Of a stretch of DNA of 64,000 bases, positions 60,763 through 64,000 are shown one piece after another. The first letter of the stretch is position 1, and every line of letters begins with the position of its first letter. Source of the stretch: Patescibacteria group bacterium. Lineage in GTDB: Bacteria; Patescibacteriota; Minisyncoccia; Minisyncoccales; Staskawiczbacteraceae. Made by a program: the position numbers and the translations under genes. The DNA is taken from positions 2,772 to 66,771 of the forward strand of contig JBBTVX010000001.1 in NCBI GenBank assembly GCA_038063015.1, read 5' to 3'. The notes beneath the pieces were generated by a model, which worked only from the letters and a program-made list of their open reading frames with translations, was not told the DNA's origin and did not search any database.

Positions 60763-61530
60763 TTATTTATTAAGCGTTAATATTCCTTCTAAAGCGTCTG
60801 AATATTTCCCGTCTGCGTATAAATCCTTTATTGTTTGCATTGTTTTTTGCTGGTCTTCTGTTAATGTTGTTTTTTCTAAATCATCAATCTCTCTTTGCGC
60901 CAAAGGAGCCAACGCGTCGTTTAAATCTTTTGATTCTTGGGTATCTATCAGGTCCACTCCGTAGGTTTGCAATTGCTTTTTATTATCTTCTATTTTTTTA
61001 ATCTGCAAAACAAGCGCCCTTATTGCTTGTGAATCTTTCTGTTCTATGCTGTCAATCAAATTTTTTGTCGCTTGTGAAATGCTTGCCTGAAACTCTTTTA
61101 TGGCTGGAGCAATATTTTGCATTCTGTTATTTTTTACAACTTGCGTTAAATCATCCAATCTTCTGCTGGCAATTTCAAGGTTATTCTTTAACTGATTCTC
61201 CGGCGCTCCAAAAGCTGTTTGGGATTGCTCTGTCATTCTTTTTACTGAAAATAATATATCGCCGGGCATTGTGTACTGGGCAAAGCCAAACATCCCAACC
61301 ATTATAAAAAGAAGAGTTGCAAAAGCGTAAGCTAATTTTCTTTGATAAATAAGAGCGGGCAAAAAGCTTAAAATTCCAAATATGCTTTCTTTCTTTCTCG
61401 CGCTAAAACTTTCAGCGAAAGCAGGCTTTGGTTCTGCTAATATCTGATTTTTAGCCAAAATCACCCATTCTTTTCTGGGCTTTATCTGCTGGAGTTCCTT
61501 TAATTTGTTGATTAATTTTGTCTCCTGCAT
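60763..61530 (-). CDS. Single-pass membrane protein, DUF5667-like; candidate anti-sigma factor
   Basis: Short cytoplasmic N-terminus, a TM segment LAYAFATLLFIMVGMFGFA, and a helical extracytoplasmic domain. It lies immediately downstream of the ECF sigma gene. Confidence 0.45.
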   Translation of the reverse strand: MQETKLINKLKELQQIKPRKEWVILAKNQILAEPKPAFAESFSARKKESIFGILSFLPALIYQRKLAYAFATLLFIMVGMFGFAQYTMPGDILFSVKRMTEQSQTAFGAPENQLKNNLEIASRRLDDLTQVVKNNRMQNIAPAIKEFQASISQATKNLIDSIEQKDSQAIRALVLQIKKIEDNKKQLQTYGVDLIDTQESKDLNDALAPLAQREIDDLEKTTLTEDQQKTMQTIKDLYADGKYSDALEGILTLNK

Positions 61531-61569
61531 GTTATTATTATGACGTAAAAACCGTGATTTTGTTACAAT

Positions 61570-62085
61570 CTACAGTTCTTGTACTTTCCTTGCTTCCATT
61601 TCCTTTTTTAAAACTTTTAGCCCCCGATGAAGCATTACCCTTATTGTGCCTTCTGGCTTTCCCATAATCTCGGCTATTTCCGGCACCTTCATATCATCAA
61701 TATAGTGACAAATGATTATGTCCTGATAGTCTTGTTTTAAGTTTTGGATAGCCAGCCTAACTTCTTCAAATTCAGAGCTTAATATGGCTCTTTCTTCTAA
61801 TCCCATTCCTCGGTCAACTATTTGAGGCAAAATGTCAGCCGAAATTATTCTTGTCCTACCCTTTTCTCTATAATGGTCAATCACTGTATTCCTGGCAATC
61901 TGGTATAAAAAGGCGCTTGGATTTAGGACTTTTTGGCTCTGGAAGGCCTCCCAGCCCCTTAAAAAGACCTTTGAGGTAATGTCCTCGGCTGTTTCCTGTG
62001 AATCTACTTTTAAGTAAACAAACCTATATATTTTATCAATATAATGGTCGTAAATCTGGCTAAATTTCTCTTTATAATTATCCAT
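61570..62085 (-). CDS. ECF-type sigma-70 family RNA polymerase sigma factor
   Basis: 171 aa. Region 2 has IYRFVYLKV...AEDITSKVFLRGWEAF...AFLYQIARNTVIDHYR. Region 4 has DMKVPEIAEIMGKPEGTIRVMLHRGLKVLK. Confidence 0.85.
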   Translation of the reverse strand: MDNYKEKFSQIYDHYIDKIYRFVYLKVDSQETAEDITSKVFLRGWEAFQSQKVLNPSAFLYQIARNTVIDHYREKGRTRIISADILPQIVDRGMGLEERAILSSEFEEVRLAIQNLKQDYQDIIICHYIDDMKVPEIAEIMGKPEGTIRVMLHRGLKVLKKEMEARKVQEL

Positions 62086-62099
62086 TATTATATAACTAT

Positions 62100-62128
62100 A
62101 TAATATAATAAAAACAAAACAAAGTCAA
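62100..62128 (-). promoter_or_regulatory. Sigma-70-like promoter upstream of the ECF sigma gene
   Basis: The minus strand reads TTGACT (62128-62123), a 17-nt spacer and TATTAT (62105-62100). The predicted leader is very short. AT-rich context. Confidence 0.35.
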
Positions 62129-62142
62129 GACTAATAAAATTA

Positions 62143-62160
62143 ATCCCGTTTGGGCGGGAT
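62143..62160 (-). terminator. Intrinsic terminator downstream of the DeoR-like gene
   Basis: The minus strand reads AUCCCG-CCCAAA-CGGGAU followed by a U-rich UUAAUUUUAUU. Confidence 0.55.
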
Positions 62161-62221
62161 GTTGATAATCTTTTTATTGATAGGACAAAATAGGACAAAA
62201 TTTAATTTAATTAAGATATAG

Positions 62222-62806
62222 TTAATGTCCTAACTGATAAAACACTTGATTCCATTCCCCTGCCCTAATTATCTCTCCATTTTTTAATAATTCGTCTAAA
62301 TCCCTTCTTATTGTTCTTTTTGTAACATCATTTAAAACTGTTTTAAAATCTGAAACCTGGGCATGCCCTTTTTCGCTTAAAATCTGGAGTATTTTTTTCT
62401 GGCGGTCTGAAATAGAAAATTCAGCGACTTTCGGCTGGCTAATTTTTTCTTCGGTAAATGACACTTGGTTTTCTATGGTCTTTTGAAAAGTAATTTTTTG
62501 GGTTTGGGCAACAATTTTTGTGTTTTCTGCTTTTTTCACCGGCTGGCTTGCTTGCCCCATGATTTTTTCGTATTCTTTAGAAATTATTAAAAAATTAATG
62601 CTATCTATCCATCCAAAGGACTTGGCAAGTTTTAGGTAGTTCAAAAGAACCTCTATGTCCTCCAAAAACTGGCCAGAGGCATTATTCCTATTATCCATTA
62701 TTGATAATGCTTTTTCTTTAGCTCGATTTTTTAACGGCTCCCCTTCGGGAAAAAAATCCAGCAATTTATAAACCGCACCGGTTAATTGTATAAATTTATC
62801 TTCCAT
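62222..62806 (-). CDS. DeoR-type HTH protein with an uncharacterised helical N-terminal domain
   Basis: C-terminus has RQKKILQILSEKGHAQVSDFKTVLNDVTKRTIRRDLDELLKNGEI (DeoR HTH). Start set at ATG 62806 because the track start 62836 is a TTG. Confidence 0.6.
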   Translation of the reverse strand: MEDKFIQLTGAVYKLLDFFPEGEPLKNRAKEKALSIMDNRNNASGQFLEDIEVLLNYLKLAKSFGWIDSINFLIISKEYEKIMGQASQPVKKAENTKIVAQTQKITFQKTIENQVSFTEEKISQPKVAEFSISDRQKKILQILSEKGHAQVSDFKTVLNDVTKRTIRRDLDELLKNGEIIRAGEWNQVFYQLGH

Positions 62807-62852
62807 CTGGCCTTTAATATACCAGAAAAAAATCAAAAGTCAAAAAAACGAT

Positions 62853-63125
62853 GGGGCACGGGGTTCAAACTAGAATCAATTTAGCGGAGTGAATTCAGGC
62901 AAGCTTCAAGGCGCGAGGAAGAGATACGATGCTTTACGCATCGTTCTCGACGAGTAACGAAGAAGATTGCCTGAATTCGCCCGCCCGAAGGGAAGCCAAA
63001 AAAATGGCTAATTTCTGCGTTGCGACTTCGTCAACGTATCACATAGGATATGTTTCCTCGTCGCTCCTTGAAATTATCTCACTTTTTGGCTTCTAAATTT
63101 GATCCTAGTTTGAATCCCGTGCCCT
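62853..63125. other. Highly structured, GC-enriched element of about 270 nt (candidate novel ncRNA, or a MITE-like element)
   Basis: A closing helix of about 29 bp joins 62853-62882 to 63095-63125. Hairpin A spans 62884-62984, with perfect 12-bp gaattcaggcaa/ttgcctgaattc and an apical 7-bp acgatgc/gcatcgt. A short cccgaaggg hairpin reads C(UUCG)G on the minus strand. Hairpin B spans 62992-63093, with perfect 11-bp gaagccaaaaa/tttttggcttc and inner taatttc/gaaatta and gcgac/gtcgc. Confidence 0.6.
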
Positions 63126-63208
63126 GAAAACCGTTTATTTATTATATCATAAAAAAAAGATATACCATGTGAATAACTCTATGGCTTAAACTGAGGCAAA
63201 GAGCCCGC

Positions 63209-64000
63209 TTATTCTTCAATCTTTATCAAAACTTCTTTTGGAATGCTTATTTTTGTTTCTGCTGGTGTTTCTGGCAACCAAACAGATTCGTTTCCGGCAA
63301 AATCCTTTGCTTTTATTTGAAAATAATAAGCCTTTTCGTCTTGGCTTTCTATAAATTCTCTTGTAAAACTGGCGGACGTCGGGCTTCCGCTAACTATTAC
63401 TGGAGCGTCTTCCTGCCAATCGCCACTTTCTTCTTTCCAATGAAAAATATAGATGGCTATGCCAGACGGAGTAACTGTCCCAATAGTATCTGTAATTTCA
63501 AAATTAACTGTAAAAATAATATTGTTTTGAACCGGATTTAAATTAAAGCTAACTTCGGGCGGAGTCGCATCCTTTTCTTCAACCGGCGGCTCAATATATT
63601 TAATATTTTTTGCTTTTGGAGTAGGCGCGGCCAGCTCAAAATCAACTGAATTGTTATCTGTATCTAAGTAAGTTTGACTGGCCTCATCAAATACCCTGCC
63701 CAAACTTTGGCTGTTGTCTGGATTTTGCGCAGGCGAAGTTTCAAAATCCTGCGGACTGCCGAAACCTAATTTGTCGGAAATATCTCCTTTAGGATTTTTT
63801 AAAACCAAAGAATTATTTTCAGTAAGAGTTAAATCCAATACAATATCGAGCGCGCTGGCTGATTCTGAAATTAAAAAATAATCATTTGCCAAAATCGTCT
63901 TTCCTTCAAATTTAGGCGAGGAAACAAGAGAATTCCATGAAGTTCCTGTTTCTGTTTTTCTCTGTAAATACCAACCTGTCAAACTAACTTCAAAATTATT
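63209..64000 (-). CDS. Lamin-tail-domain (LTD) containing secreted protein (partial; N-terminus beyond window end)
   Basis: The frame stays open to nt 64000, and the track M at 63982 is a TTG. NNFEVSLTGWYLQRK...SWNSLV...LKNPKGDISDKLGFG is LTD-like, followed by a beta-rich C-terminal domain. Confidence 0.55.
   Translation of the reverse strand, partial: NNFEVSLTGWYLQRKTETGTSWNSLVSSPKFEGKTILANDYFLISESASALDIVLDLTLTENNSLVLKNPKGDISDKLGFGSPQDFETSPAQNPDNSQSLGRVFDEASQTYLDTDNNSVDFELAAPTPKAKNIKYIEPPVEEKDATPPEVSFNLNPVQNNIIFTVNFEITDTIGTVTPSGIAIYIFHWKEESGDWQEDAPVIVSGSPTSASFTREFIESQDEKAYYFQIKAKDFAGNESVWLPETPAETKISIPKEVLIKIEE

Noticed and set aside
3507-62836. N-terminal extensions of several track ORFs (track starts at 4394, 19766, 22521, 33846, 36233, 39444, 45766, 62836, 63982)
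   Set aside because: For most of these I checked the start codon and found TTG. The extension overlaps the upstream gene by tens of nt, while an in-frame ATG downstream gives a canonical N-terminus, signal peptide or ATGA overlap. For 63982 the frame simply continues to the window end.
62853-63125. tRNA or tmRNA interpretation of the structured element (GGGGCAC 5' end, GGTTCAAAC / TTTGAATCC strings)
   Set aside because: The T-loop-like strings are merely the two strands of one continuous 29-bp helix. There is no cloverleaf, no acceptor/T-arm geometry, no plausible tag-peptide reading frame ending in a hydrophobic Ala-rich tail, and no CCA-proximal discriminator context.
1-64000. CRISPR arrays, rRNA/tRNA genes, transposases, integrases, recognisable defence systems and RiPP precursor genes
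   Set aside because: No spaced direct-repeat arrays, cloverleaf candidates or recombinase motifs were seen. Intergenic gaps next to the radical SAM genes are 1-25 nt and too small for precursor peptides. Absence is judged by eye only and should be confirmed with tRNAscan-SE, Infernal, CRISPR-detection software and DefenseFinder/PADLOC.

Overview
AT-rich bacterial window (about 30% GC by eye) that is almost entirely coding. No rRNA, tRNA, CRISPR array, transposase or integrase was seen. The gene content (small GIY-YIG gene, lamin-tail-domain protein, ECF sigma plus DUF5667-like partner) suggests an uncultured small-genome lineage such as Patescibacteria/CPR, but that is inference only.

Layout:
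- 1-52421 is one unbroken minus-strand array of about 50 genes, many joined by ATGA or TAATG start/stop overlaps.
- 52434-52610 is a roughly 177-bp imperfect palindrome at a strand switch.
- Two plus-strand genes follow, then a convergent terminator region, then minus-strand genes to the window end.

Content:
1. 1-43.8 kb is a very large surface-glycan island. It holds wecB, two Wzx-like flippases, GT2/GT4/GT9 glycosyltransferases and a KpsS-like protein. It has an ADP-heptose module (hldA, an hldC-gmhB fusion, hldD) and a CDP-hexose module (rfbF, a dehydratase-like SDR, an oxidoreductase, an ATP-grasp protein). It has a pseudaminic-acid-type nonulosonate core (pseB, pseC, pseI, two SpsF-like cytidylyltransferase domains). 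That core is interrupted by an FkbH / ACP / AcpS / AAC(3)-like / DUF4910 acyl-carrier cassette, six SAM methyltransferases and two cobalamin-type radical SAM enzymes.
2. 44.1-47.8 kb is a cobalamin-riboswitch-controlled operon. It encodes a secreted alpha-toroid plus DUF4430 (transcobalamin-like) protein, a second DUF4430 protein, an anchored protein and a small polytopic membrane protein. Two more tandem B12-radical SAM genes lie directly upstream.
3. On the plus strand are an O-antigen-ligase (Wzy_C) plus TPR protein and an Apt-MTAP fusion.
4. Next is a 1169-aa Thr/Ala/Gly/Val/Ser-rich surface protein with a peptidoglycan-binding domain. It is preceded by a GIY-YIG gene bracketed by a perfect 21-bp inverted repeat and by an ECF sigma / anti-sigma-like pair.
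5. 62853-63125 is a GC-enriched, highly structured element of about 270 nt that I cannot assign to a class.

All functional calls come from motif recognition by eye. No database search was run.
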